Shown: positions 8,758 through 18,624 of the stretch, piece by piece
Layout: each line of letters starts with the position of its first letter
Numbering within the stretch: the stretch's first letter is position 1
Source: an uncultured virus (IMG/VR IMGVR_UViG_3300025723_000018)
Lineage: Duplodnaviria; Heunggongvirae; Uroviricota; Caudoviricetes
IMG/VR virus record: IMGVR_UViG_3300025723_000018
Length of the DNA: 64,000 nucleotides
Strand: one strand, 5' to 3'
Notes under the pieces: model-generated
The model's input: the letters and a program-made list of their open reading frames with translations, nothing else
Databases searched by the model: none
Told to the model about the DNA's origin: nothing
Program-made: the position numbers and the translations under genes

Positions 8758-9752
8758 ACTATGTTCCTTGTTAATTTATTGTATACGTTATCGCAATGAT
8801 TACACTCTGTTCCGCATACTGTTTTACAATTATTAGTTAGTTGATTAAAACCCTGCTCTGTAATTTCATTTATCAATATATTTGCAAGACCAAAATTACC
8901 AGTAGTACTTAATAAATCTCCAAACTGAATATTTCCACTACCTTTTTGATATGCATCGATAACTTTATACCAACGCATTATTGGAAATCCTCTACCTGCA
9001 ATTTTAATAGTATCTACCATGTCTCCAAATTTGTCTAAATCATTGGGAAATGTAAAAGCTGTTTTTAACCATTCGGATGGTTTATCATTAAAATATTTTA
9101 CACATCCAAGTGTATTATGTACCTTAGTAGTTATGTCACGTTTATCTTGAAATTTAACTTGGCTAATAATAAGGTCGTCCCATTGTTTCCATTTGCAATC
9201 TACAATACAACCTTCGTTAACTAACATAGTAATTTTAATATTATGCTGTTTAGCATAGTCACTCATTTTTTTAAGTGTATCTAAATCTCGATTCAAACTA
9301 CGGTCAACTATTATACTAGTAACTTGTAAAACTTCATGCATAAAAATAAAATCTTTAAGTGTACGCACTAGATTGTTTACACTATTTTTTAAAATTAAAT
9401 CTGGCTTGTGTTGGCGAAAATCATTAATGATACCAGCTCTTAGCAAATATGTATTATTAAGAGTTACAATGTCAGCATCGATATCTTTTACATGAGCAAT
9501 TAAATCTGGAACTTGTTCGTAAAACTCATTACTATAAACGCTTGGGTTCACTAAGTAGTGTAGTTTAATTCCGTATTTTTCTCTGATAGCATATAGCTCG
9601 GTGAACATTTCTTTATTACCAAATATAGTTCTTGCACTACCAAATTTATTGTCGCTGAAATATACATCAGTAATTGATGTTATATCCAGGTCAGGAAGTG
9701 CATCGAGCATACCTGGAGTGTAAGGAACGCTAAATTTACGGATTATAGACAT
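8754..9752 (-). CDS. Peptidase U32-family (UbiU/TrhP/RlhA-like) Fe-S protein
   Basis: DVYF..FGSAR, GIKLHYLVN, DRSLNRDL, LVNEGCIVDC, LGC, IKIAGR and a C-terminal CxxxCxxxCxxC; start placed at the ATG at 9752. Confidence 0.75.
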   Translation of the reverse strand: MSIIRKFSVPYTPGMLDALPDLDITSITDVYFSDNKFGSARTIFGNKEMFTELYAIREKYGIKLHYLVNPSVYSNEFYEQVPDLIAHVKDIDADIVTLNNTYLLRAGIINDFRQHKPDLILKNSVNNLVRTLKDFIFMHEVLQVTSIIVDRSLNRDLDTLKKMSDYAKQHNIKITMLVNEGCIVDCKWKQWDDLIISQVKFQDKRDITTKVHNTLGCVKYFNDKPSEWLKTAFTFPNDLDKFGDMVDTIKIAGRGFPIMRWYKVIDAYQKGSGNIQFGDLLSTTGNFGLANILINEITEQGFNQLTNNCKTVCGTECNHCDNVYNKLTRNIV

Positions 9753-12700
9753 TGTTTGTTCTGCTTCCAATTCCAATCCAGCCAGCTGTAATACTAGTTC
9801 CGTGATACCAGTGATCTCCAGATATAGTTAGATAAATGGTAAAAAATCCATAATAATAACTATTTCTATCGTAAGAAGAAGGAGTTACTGATACACTCCA
9901 TTGTGCTGGAGATAATCCGTAATAGCTAATACGTGCATCATATATATTTGATAAGCTAGCCATGACATTTAAATCATAATTGCCTTTCCAGCGAAGATTA
10001 TTTGAATCATTACTTAAACCAAGATAGCTACCAAGGTCTACAGTAAATGTAACCGTACCAGTAGTACCGTATTCGCTCAATGTTGCATTAGTTATAGTAG
10101 TACCCCACCCTGATCCAAATCCGCTAGTTGTACTTGAACTTGAACTAGAATATGCTGTATACAAATCTATAGATCCAACAATAGTTTGTACTATATTTTG
10201 TAATTGTGCCTGCGGGCTAGCAATTTGACGAGGTATCGAAGGAGTATTTGATAAATCATTATAATCTCCAGTAGCAGCAACTCTAGCAAGAGTATTACCA
10301 AAATTTACATCAGTAAGAATCTTTGCCCATGGACTCCAAGTAGTACCTGTATCTCTGCGACTACGTATAAAGTTGTCTGAATGAGCACCAGTTGAACCAC
10401 TCCAGCCAACTAATAGTTCTCCGCCACCACCACCGCCTAAGGTAATTAAATTACCGTATGTAGTCGGATAGCCTGGATTATTATAAACTCCACGTAGTGT
10501 TAATTCGTTACGAGGTTCGTAGGTTGAATTATCTTCTGGCCCAATGACTCCCGAAGTATTGAGAACATTGGCTGAACCAGCATTACCAGATACGTTACCT
10601 GTAACATTACCTGTAACATCACCAATTACAGCTCCGCGATGTGTTCCGTAACTATCACCTTGTAATGTGCCACTAAATGTTGTAGCTGTTAATGTACCAT
10701 TTTGTACATTAAATGACAATCCTGTATTGTAAATTGATTCATTTTGTCCTGGAAATGCAGTGCCAACTTCACTTGCACCTAATAGATAGTAAGTGCCAAC
10801 GCCGGCTGTTTGATTTAAAAACAAGTGTGCTGCATTTACAGAATTAGAAGCTGTATCTGCATTGCCAAATAAATTACCAGTTACATTGCCTGTAACATTG
10901 CCAGTATGCAAACCAGTAGTATTACCTGTTACGTTACCTGTAACATTTCCAGTTAAATTGCCTGTAACATTACCAACTACGTTTCCTTGGAAATGATCTG
11001 TAGCTGTATGCACAGCGCCTGTAACATTACCAGCAACATTGCCAGTTACATTACCAGTTACATTTCCTGTTACATTACCTACAATATTTGCAGAAGTATA
11101 ACCTATTTGATTCGTAGAAGAATTAAAAACTTGTGTATTGTTAGAACCGTACAGACTACCAGTTACATTTCCTGTAACATTGCCAGTATGCAAACCAGTA
11201 GTATTACCAGTTACATTACCAGCAACATTGCCAGTTACATTACCAGTTACATTACCAACTACATTTCCTTGGAAATGATCAGTAGCTGTATGTACAGCAC
11301 CAGTTACATTACCAGCAACATTGCCAGTTACATTACCAGTTACATTACCAACTACATTTCCTTGGAAATGATCAGTAGCAATATGAACGCTACCTGTAAT
11401 ATTACCAGCAACATTGCCAGTTACACTACCAGTTAACGGTCCAGTAAATGATCCAAAAATTGGAGCTCCATTAAATCCAAAAGTTCCTGCATTATAATTA
11501 AACCACAATATGTTGTTTGATGAATAAAGATCTCCATTTAAAGATCCAAAAGTTGGACCGTAATGAATTCCAGTAGTTTCTCCGCTAATATTAATGTTCC
11601 AAGTGACTGTATTATTATCGTTAAAAACAAAGTTTGTAGGTTTATCTGGGATATTTGCCCAGTGTACTAACAAAGCTAAATCAGCTGTTACAGCTGAGGT
11701 AGCTGAGTTAGCATGATCTGCATTAGTAGCCGTAGTCGCATTACCGTAAAAGTTAGGAGCGGTTACGGCATTAGCTGAAATATTCGCACTTGAAATATTG
11801 TTAACATTAATGTTTCCAGATCCATCTCTAACAACAATAGTATTGATTGTTGGTAATCCTGGAGCTCCAACACTTGCTTGTCTATAATATCCACTTACAT
11901 TTAATAAATTTGATTGAGCTGCTGTACCGGTAAATGTGTTTGCATATACTGTTCCAAATTGTAATGAATTGCTTCCTAAATTTGAACTACTCAATCCTGT
12001 TGGTAAAATATTTCCGCCAATAATTTGTATAGCCCCGGCATTATTTTGTAAGGTTAGTGTATTACTATCGGGAGCATAAACTGTAGGACCATATTGACTA
12101 TTTGATAAAGTCAAAACTGGTAATGTTGTACCAATAACAATACCTTCATCTGGGAATTTAGTCAGTGTAGGAAATACTGTATCTACTAAAGGTGCATAAA
12201 AACTTGGAAGATTATTTCCAAGTTTATTAGCATTTGTAATAGTACCGTGATATTCATAAGAATTGTTTATTGTTACACCTGAATAGATTATAGGAAATCC
12301 AGGTATTGCAGGACTAGGAGTAAAATCAGCATCTGCGTTTACAATGAATAAAGTTGTACCGTTAACTACAGCTCGTTGTACAGCATGAGCATGGCTTGGT
12401 ATAGCATTATCTGTTATTGCAACACTTTGCATTTGTGTTGCCGCGAATCCAGTAACACTTTGTGGGCCAACCATTGTATAGTTAGATCCATTATAAACAT
12501 TTAACTGATTGTTAGTGGTATCATACCACATATCACCCAGTGTTGCACTTACTGGTTGTGTACTACTAACATTGTTAATTGCTATGGTTTTCCATAACTT
12601 GTTTGTTTCGTCAAAATAAACATTTAATTTTAAATTTGTAGGAGTAGAGTCAAACCACACTTGCCCTAAAATAGGTCTTGGAGGAGGATTTTGATAAGCA

Positions 12701-12855
12701 AAATGTTCAAGTAACCATACTAAGTCATCATTCAATGCCTGACCGTAGCCAGAATGATTCTTACCAACTAGAGTAATATCTAGTGAGTTATCGACTGTCC
12801 CGTCAACAACCGTAGCAAGCGGTTGTTTATTATATCGGGTTATTGAATATGCCAT
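9736..12855 (-). CDS. Long tail fibre (1039 aa) with GNVT repeats and a knob-like domain
   Basis: Shared fibre N-terminus; many GNVT tetrapeptides; knob-type FIRSRRDTGTTWSPW segment. Confidence 0.8.
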   Translation of the reverse strand: MAYSITRYNKQPLATVVDGTVDNSLDITLVGKNHSGYGQALNDDLVWLLEHFAYQNPPPRPILGQVWFDSTPTNLKLNVYFDETNKLWKTIAINNVSSTQPVSATLGDMWYDTTNNQLNVYNGSNYTMVGPQSVTGFAATQMQSVAITDNAIPSHAHAVQRAVVNGTTLFIVNADADFTPSPAIPGFPIIYSGVTINNSYEYHGTITNANKLGNNLPSFYAPLVDTVFPTLTKFPDEGIVIGTTLPVLTLSNSQYGPTVYAPDSNTLTLQNNAGAIQIIGGNILPTGLSSSNLGSNSLQFGTVYANTFTGTAAQSNLLNVSGYYRQASVGAPGLPTINTIVVRDGSGNINVNNISSANISANAVTAPNFYGNATTATNADHANSATSAVTADLALLVHWANIPDKPTNFVFNDNNTVTWNINISGETTGIHYGPTFGSLNGDLYSSNNILWFNYNAGTFGFNGAPIFGSFTGPLTGSVTGNVAGNITGSVHIATDHFQGNVVGNVTGNVTGNVAGNVTGAVHTATDHFQGNVVGNVTGNVTGNVAGNVTGNTTGLHTGNVTGNVTGSLYGSNNTQVFNSSTNQIGYTSANIVGNVTGNVTGNVTGNVAGNVTGAVHTATDHFQGNVVGNVTGNLTGNVTGNVTGNTTGLHTGNVTGNVTGNLFGNADTASNSVNAAHLFLNQTAGVGTYYLLGASEVGTAFPGQNESIYNTGLSFNVQNGTLTATTFSGTLQGDSYGTHRGAVIGDVTGNVTGNVSGNAGSANVLNTSGVIGPEDNSTYEPRNELTLRGVYNNPGYPTTYGNLITLGGGGGGELLVGWSGSTGAHSDNFIRSRRDTGTTWSPWAKILTDVNFGNTLARVAATGDYNDLSNTPSIPRQIASPQAQLQNIVQTIVGSIDLYTAYSSSSSSTTSGFGSGWGTTITNATLSEYGTTGTVTFTVDLGSYLGLSNDSNNLRWKGNYDLNVMASLSNIYDARISYYGLSPAQWSVSVTPSSYDRNSYYYGFFTIYLTISGDHWYHGTSITAGWIGIGSRTNNVYNP
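10575..11445 (-). repeat. Imperfect 12-bp coding tandem repeats (GNVT) with larger duplicated blocks
   Basis: Repeated ttaccagttaca-like units on +; the block HxATDHFQGNVVGNVTGN occurs three times and GNTTGLHTGNVTGNVTG twice. Confidence 0.85.
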
Positions 12856-12891
12856 CTTTATCGCTCCGTATATCTTTTATTTGTTTTCATC

Positions 12892-14043
12892 TTACCAACT
12901 AGTACTACTTAATGGTGATCTCTTCCATAAATTTTCAGCAATACAAACATAAATCCAATTTGAATCCCATACTATTTGTCCTGGATGGCCTGTACTAGTC
13001 GATGTTGGAGGAACCGTAGTGTCACTAAGTCCGCCGTATGTAACTGTATTTCTTATTCTAAATGTACCATTAACGTCTAAAGTTGCTGTTGGTAAGTTTG
13101 TATAAATTCCAGTAAACTGTTGTTGAGCGTCGATAAAAAATGCAGACTGATTAGAAGAACTTGTGTTTCTTAAATTTATATCAAAATTTTGATTGTCTGT
13201 TGTTGATTTAATTTGGAATGTTACTGGTCCTGAATACTCAGGTTGAACGCTAATTTCTATATTGCCGCTTGGGCCTAGTACTAGTTGCTTGTTAGCTTTA
13301 ATATACAAACCGCCTAAGCCACTAGAATCAGTATCAATAATACTATTTCCTGTTGTTTGTACAAAAGAAGAGGATGTATAATTATTAACTCCGTCAGTTA
13401 AAGACTCTGCCGTATTTGCAGGAACATCAAACATAATACCTGGATACGAACTTACATTAAATCCTGGAACTAGACTGGTTGGATATGTATTTTCTAAACC
13501 TTGATTAGATTGTGGGACAAATGAATCTTTAGAAAATACACCAAGTAATTGAGAATTAACTCGTAGTTCTACTACTACATGATTCAAACTATTAACATCT
13601 AAAACATCTAAAACATTAAAACCAGAAGCTTTTTGATTAGCTGTATAAATGGGTCCTGCAAGTATTGGTCCTGAATTCGAACCATCGCTAAAGAATAATT
13701 GCTGATTTGTACTATCAACCCAAAAGTCACCTGCTGACAAACTACTAGGAGGTGTTGTGCTTACTGTTGTACCTCCAGCAACATTAAACGATTGTGAATC
13801 GCTGTCATATACTTTTAATTTTTTTGTAGATGTGTCAAACCATAACTGACCCATTAATGGATTATTAGGTTGTGTAGTATTTGCAAAATTTTCTAATAGA
13901 TGAACAAAATTATCATTTAAAGATAAACCGTATGCAGTGGCATTTTTACCTATTAAGGTTAAATCTGTTGTTAGCTGATCAACGGTTCCATCTAGAACCG
14001 ATGTTAATTGTGTTCCATCAGTTTTAATTATTGGGTATGCCAT
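12892..14043 (-). CDS. Tail fibre/baseplate-associated paralog (383 aa)
   Basis: Shared fibre N-terminus; C-terminal P.TSTSTG.PGQI.WD...IYVC....WKR motif typical of phage fibres. Confidence 0.75.
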   Translation of the reverse strand: MAYPIIKTDGTQLTSVLDGTVDQLTTDLTLIGKNATAYGLSLNDNFVHLLENFANTTQPNNPLMGQLWFDTSTKKLKVYDSDSQSFNVAGGTTVSTTPPSSLSAGDFWVDSTNQQLFFSDGSNSGPILAGPIYTANQKASGFNVLDVLDVNSLNHVVVELRVNSQLLGVFSKDSFVPQSNQGLENTYPTSLVPGFNVSSYPGIMFDVPANTAESLTDGVNNYTSSSFVQTTGNSIIDTDSSGLGGLYIKANKQLVLGPSGNIEISVQPEYSGPVTFQIKSTTDNQNFDINLRNTSSSNQSAFFIDAQQQFTGIYTNLPTATLDVNGTFRIRNTVTYGGLSDTTVPPTSTSTGHPGQIVWDSNWIYVCIAENLWKRSPLSSTSW

Positions 14044-16205
14044 TATATGTTAGCTCCGGTATAGATGATGTAGTTAATAGCAAGATATGGATTCATCACA
14101 TTCACTGCTTGTCCTGTAACTGTTGCTCCAGTAGAAGAATCAACAACCGGTCCAGCAGATGGTAAACCTCGTGTTAGGCCGGTTGTACTGGCCAAACCAT
14201 GTCCAATTACTGTTGGATTGCCATCCGGTGTACTTGTAGTATCACCAACTGCATAGTATTGAATACCTTTAGGACTATTTAAGTTATGAGTATGCTGTGG
14301 AAGCTGACTTGTCGATAGTGCAACACTTGAACGTCCTGGGCCAGTTAAACTGTCTGATCCTGCTCCAAGGTTATCTGCGGTAGTTTCACTAACTCTGTTT
14401 GCCGCACTGCCTACTGTATAGACGCTAGATGATCCACCGCTTGCTGGAACTTTGATATTATTATTCATATTATCAAGTCCAAGTGGGAAACGTCCTCTTA
14501 AATCAGGTAACTTAAATGTACCAGCACCTAATAATCCTGCACTAGATCCGTTACTGTAGGTATATCCAATTAATTTATACAAATCTGTATAGATACTTTG
14601 CAATACTTCACTACCATCACATAATAAGAAACCGGCCGGAACAGCTGAAGCAGGGCCTGCAAATGGTAATATACAACCAATTGGAACCAATGGAACATGT
14701 TTAAAAAATGTTTGTTTGGTCATTTGAGCAAGTGACTGTGTTCCTTGCTTATATACTAATAATGTGTCTGGAAAAGATGAATTAAGAGTACTAGAATCAC
14801 TTGATACTTGTTGATTTGTAATAAAATTTGTACTGATTACAGTATTAAAAGTAGCTGTACCGTCTAGACTTGCTCCATTAAATGAAACAGAATTACTTGT
14901 AACATCGCCTGTTAATTTAAAAATAGTAGGATTAGCTAGTTGTGTCGCACTACCGTCAACGGCACCAGTTACATATCCTGCAAATGTTCCACTAAAATTT
15001 CCTACAAAATTTTGAGCGTAGATATTTCTAAATTTTAATGTACTACTACCAATATCATATACTTGTGTGGCCGTTGGAAGTAGTGCTGATCCAGAAGTTG
15101 GAGTACCATTTGAATTCCAATTAATATATAATTGACCGCCAATATAAGTATCGTCGTTTAAATTACTTACACCTGTTACTGTCGACGATCCTGTAATTGT
15201 TTGATTGCCACCAATGTCAATATTTCCACTAACTTTTACATTACCTATTACATCTAACGCGGCAGATGCAGAAGGACTTGGATTGTTTATACCCACTTGT
15301 CCGTTAGCATTTACTTGAATAACTGTATTTGTAGTATTTGTAGAATCAGTTAAAACAAAAGATATGTTATTATTAGGGTTACTAGAAACTAACTGTGTCG
15401 ATACACCAGTTGTTTTGATTTGAAAACTCAAATCACTACCAAGTTTTATACCATCGTTAACTTGAATATTTAAAGGACTGTTACTGGTACTAGCAACATC
15501 TCCTCTTAAAAAATTTGTTGAAGCAATTACTTTATTATTAACAAGCAATCCGTTTGCCGATTGTGCTGTTCCCCATAGACCTGCACTAGCACCTAATGCA
15601 GGATCTGTACCGTCGCTGAATAAATTTACACCTTTCTTTATAGATGCAAAACCATTTAAACTTGTTTTAGGAATAAAACTATCTTGGCTTACTATTGCAA
15701 CTCTACTACCAGATGCATAAAATGTAACAACAAAATGAGGTTGATTACCAGTGTCAATAATTTCTTCTGCAACCGGACCTGTTGAAGATCCTGAACTAAA
15801 TTGCGGACCTACCAAAATCCAACTTGATCCAGAATATACATATAACTGACTAGTAGCGGTGTTAACCCAAATATCTCCGCTAACTGGACTTAAAATATCT
15901 GAACTACTACTGGCTTTTTTAATTGCACCTGCTGGATTCCATGTCCCGCCATCATATACTTTTAAAAGACTATTGGCATTATCATACCATAGTTGTCCTT
16001 GTACAGGATTTGAAGGAGGTGTTGGATTGGCAAAATTTTCTAATATATGTAAAAAATCTGTTGCAATTAGTTGACCATAACCGCTATTATAGTTTTTACC
16101 TACAAATGTTATACTGGTACTGGTAGAATCAATTTTTTGATCTTCTACAGTAATAGGAGGCTTATTTGGATTGTTTAACTCAGTATATTGAATTTTATAA
16201 GACAT
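14043..16205 (-). CDS. Tail fibre with tail-collar domain (short-fibre gp12-like)
   Basis: PIGCILPFAG..PAGFLLCDG...F.LPDLRGRF collar motif; QLPQHTH; MNPYLAINYII C-terminus. Confidence 0.85.
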   Translation of the reverse strand: MSYKIQYTELNNPNKPPITVEDQKIDSTSTSITFVGKNYNSGYGQLIATDFLHILENFANPTPPSNPVQGQLWYDNANSLLKVYDGGTWNPAGAIKKASSSSDILSPVSGDIWVNTATSQLYVYSGSSWILVGPQFSSGSSTGPVAEEIIDTGNQPHFVVTFYASGSRVAIVSQDSFIPKTSLNGFASIKKGVNLFSDGTDPALGASAGLWGTAQSANGLLVNNKVIASTNFLRGDVASTSNSPLNIQVNDGIKLGSDLSFQIKTTGVSTQLVSSNPNNNISFVLTDSTNTTNTVIQVNANGQVGINNPSPSASAALDVIGNVKVSGNIDIGGNQTITGSSTVTGVSNLNDDTYIGGQLYINWNSNGTPTSGSALLPTATQVYDIGSSTLKFRNIYAQNFVGNFSGTFAGYVTGAVDGSATQLANPTIFKLTGDVTSNSVSFNGASLDGTATFNTVISTNFITNQQVSSDSSTLNSSFPDTLLVYKQGTQSLAQMTKQTFFKHVPLVPIGCILPFAGPASAVPAGFLLCDGSEVLQSIYTDLYKLIGYTYSNGSSAGLLGAGTFKLPDLRGRFPLGLDNMNNNIKVPASGGSSSVYTVGSAANRVSETTADNLGAGSDSLTGPGRSSVALSTSQLPQHTHNLNSPKGIQYYAVGDTTSTPDGNPTVIGHGLASTTGLTRGLPSAGPVVDSSTGATVTGQAVNVMNPYLAINYIIYTGANI

Positions 16206-16208
16206 CGA

Positions 16209-16817
16209 TTATACTCCTACTAGGCCAGTTAGACTTTGAATACGTACTGTATAATCAATTTGAATCAAACGATTTAAACTTTTTAGTACCGGATGGAATA
16301 CAACGTGAGTTAATAACAAACTTTGTCCAGTACTACTATAACTTTGTAAACCTAATTCATCGAATACATAAGTGTTAACACCGTCGCTGTTTGTATCATA
16401 AGCAGCTTGACCGCTAGGCTCTCCGTAATCTAATAAACAAGTACAAAAAATATCAGTATAATTTTGACCAGTTACGTGGCGTACTTCAGTAAAATTACGT
16501 GTTGGATCCACATTGGTACTTGAACTAGGATCAATTACCTTGCTATAAGTTTGATTATAAAGACTAGCATTAGTTCCACTGCTATTTGGAGTTAGATATG
16601 TAATAATTCCTGTAGGGTCAATACTAGTTCCGCCGTTACCAAATGCAATATTATATACAAAGCCGTTTCCGCTGTTAGTCATAGCTTCAACAATAGCTAT
16701 ACTCATATTTTCATAATGAATAGCATTACGTTTGTTGATGTAAATTTCGTTAGAAATTGGGTCATAAATTTTAATATGACCTTCTATATGAATCCCTGTT
16801 GCGTCTTTAGTCTGCAT
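16209..16817 (-). CDS. Baseplate/fibre-attachment structural protein (202 aa)
   Basis: IAFGNGG, FDELGL, LLTHVVFHPV.KS motifs resembling fibre-attachment domains; lies in the tail block. Confidence 0.6.
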   Translation of the reverse strand: MQTKDATGIHIEGHIKIYDPISNEIYINKRNAIHYENMSIAIVEAMTNSGNGFVYNIAFGNGGTSIDPTGIITYLTPNSSGTNASLYNQTYSKVIDPSSSTNVDPTRNFTEVRHVTGQNYTDIFCTCLLDYGEPSGQAAYDTNSDGVNTYVFDELGLQSYSSTGQSLLLTHVVFHPVLKSLNRLIQIDYTVRIQSLTGLVGV

Positions 16818-16876
16818 ATCTATCTCTCTTTATCTTATATTTATCAACGGATATAATCTGGTAGTTTAATCCCGTT

Positions 16877-18619
16877 TTAGGCATTATTTCTTGTTTTTAT
16901 GGTAACAAAGTTGTAGTCTCGAGACGAAGCTTTGTTAGTAAAGACGTAAGTTCCTGTTCCAGCTACAAATGTTACCCAATCAGTTAAGGTTGGATTCAAA
17001 TTAGTTGTACCCAATAACACTGGATCAGATCCACTGCCCATTATGTAAGTGTATACATATCCGTTATCGTTATCGTTGATAATAATCATACCACTAAAAC
17101 TTGTAAAAGTAACAGTATCGTTTGTATTCAAAGTTATTACACCTGCGGCACTAGCATCGATATTAACATTATTGTTTGTAGGCGGTAAAGATAGCATACC
17201 TCCTGATTTAAACGACCAGTTTGTTATGGCGCCATCTGCTGTAATGGCTACTTCAGTATTGTCATGCAAGTAAACTTCTGCGAAATTAGGAGATGAGGTA
17301 TTAGTAAAGATATCAATTATATTAGTATCAGAAGTCATCGCCCCGTTAGCTAATTTTAAAGATCCGTCAATTCCGCTCAAACTAGTTGTAAACAAGGTGC
17401 TAGTACCGTGTTTGATATTAACACTGCCGTTTGTTGTACCAATGTCCATATTTCTAGATACATTGTTTTCACTAGATCCTCCAGAGCTAGCTAACAACGA
17501 TACGGTTGCTGTACCAGGGGAAGCAAACGATGCATCTATAGAAAACACAGATAACCCAGCTGTGTTATTGAAATTCAAAACAGAATTATAAGATCCTGAA
17601 GTAGCAGAAGTTTGTATTGAGATTGATTCTTTAACTAATACATTTTCATCAATTTCAACTGTAGAATTTCCAGTGGAAGTTATTGTACTACCAGTAAATA
17701 CAAAATTTCCAATAGAAGGAATACTAGGTGTATGCGATAGATCTCTATAGTCCCCACTAGTTGCAACTGTAGAAAGTGTTGGAGTTCCAGACAAATCACT
17801 GTAACTACCGCTAGTTGCTACTGTTGCAAGAGACGGTTTGTTAGTTAAACTATTATAATTTCCATTGAATGCAGATGAGCTTAATTGATAAACACTTAGA
17901 TCTGGCTTACCAGTTAAATCTGCATAGGCTCCGCTGAACAATGATGGCTTACCAGTTAGATCTGAATATGCACCACTAAACAATGATGGCTTACCAGTTA
18001 GATCTGAATAAGCACCGCTGAATAATGATGGCTTATTAGATAAATCGTTGTAACTACCGCTAGTTGCCACTGTAGAAAGTGATGGTTTATTTGACAAATC
18101 ATTGTAACTACCACTAGTTGCTACTGAAGCAAGTGTTGGTTTATTTAAAATTCTAGAAATTCCAGAACTAGAATTCCAGTCACTATTAACTTGTGCGGCT
18201 GGAATTGTAGGTAAATTCAATAAATCGTTATAGCTGCCACTAGTAGCCACAGCAGCAAATACAGGTTTATTCAATAGACTTTGATAACTTCCAGTAGTTG
18301 CTACAGCACTAAGTACCGGTGCACCTGTAAGTTTAGAATAAGCTAAACTAGTAATCCAAATTGGATTACTATACTGACCCGATGCTACTAGTAAATTATC
18401 TACGGTGATAGGCGATGCTGTCCAACTTAAAGATAATCCGTCAGTAGTTAACAAACCATTTTGAAAGTTTGTTTGCGGAGGTAATGTAAGTCCGGTTAAG
18501 GAAGTTACTTTTGTATACAAGTCTGTAAAATTATCATTTATTTTGACTGAGGCAACACGCAATGTGTCGCCGGTGCCGTCATTAACTGAATTTCCATAAT
18601 TTAAAATTTGTTGTGTCAT
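16877..18619 (-). CDS. Fibre-like protein with a T4 gp9/gp10-type N-terminus and repeat stalk
   Basis: NDGTGDTLR...KINDNF N-terminal motif; ATSGSYNDLSNKP repeats. Confidence 0.75.
   Translation of the reverse strand: MTQQILNYGNSVNDGTGDTLRVASVKINDNFTDLYTKVTSLTGLTLPPQTNFQNGLLTTDGLSLSWTASPITVDNLLVASGQYSNPIWITSLAYSKLTGAPVLSAVATTGSYQSLLNKPVFAAVATSGSYNDLLNLPTIPAAQVNSDWNSSSGISRILNKPTLASVATSGSYNDLSNKPSLSTVATSGSYNDLSNKPSLFSGAYSDLTGKPSLFSGAYSDLTGKPSLFSGAYADLTGKPDLSVYQLSSSAFNGNYNSLTNKPSLATVATSGSYSDLSGTPTLSTVATSGDYRDLSHTPSIPSIGNFVFTGSTITSTGNSTVEIDENVLVKESISIQTSATSGSYNSVLNFNNTAGLSVFSIDASFASPGTATVSLLASSGGSSENNVSRNMDIGTTNGSVNIKHGTSTLFTTSLSGIDGSLKLANGAMTSDTNIIDIFTNTSSPNFAEVYLHDNTEVAITADGAITNWSFKSGGMLSLPPTNNNVNIDASAAGVITLNTNDTVTFTSFSGMIIINDNDNGYVYTYIMGSGSDPVLLGTTNLNPTLTDWVTFVAGTGTYVFTNKASSRDYNFVTIKTRNNA
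17745..18345 (-). repeat. Coding repeats of 54 bp (18 aa) and 42 bp (14 aa)
   Basis: LxxVATSGSYxDLxNKP about 6 times and PSLFSGAYSDLTGK 3 times; DNA unit aatgatggcttaccagttagatctgaata recurs at 42-bp spacing. Confidence 0.85.
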
Positions 18620-18624
18620 TTTTT

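Noticed and set aside
9753..9776. Upstream TTG start (MELEAEQT) for the U32-family gene
   Set aside because: It lies deeper in the fibre gene; the ATG at 9752 gives a more typical short overlap.
10575..18345. CRISPR array or DGR template/variable repeats
   Set aside because: The repeats are in-frame coding repeats without unique spacers; no cas or reverse transcriptase gene lies in the window.
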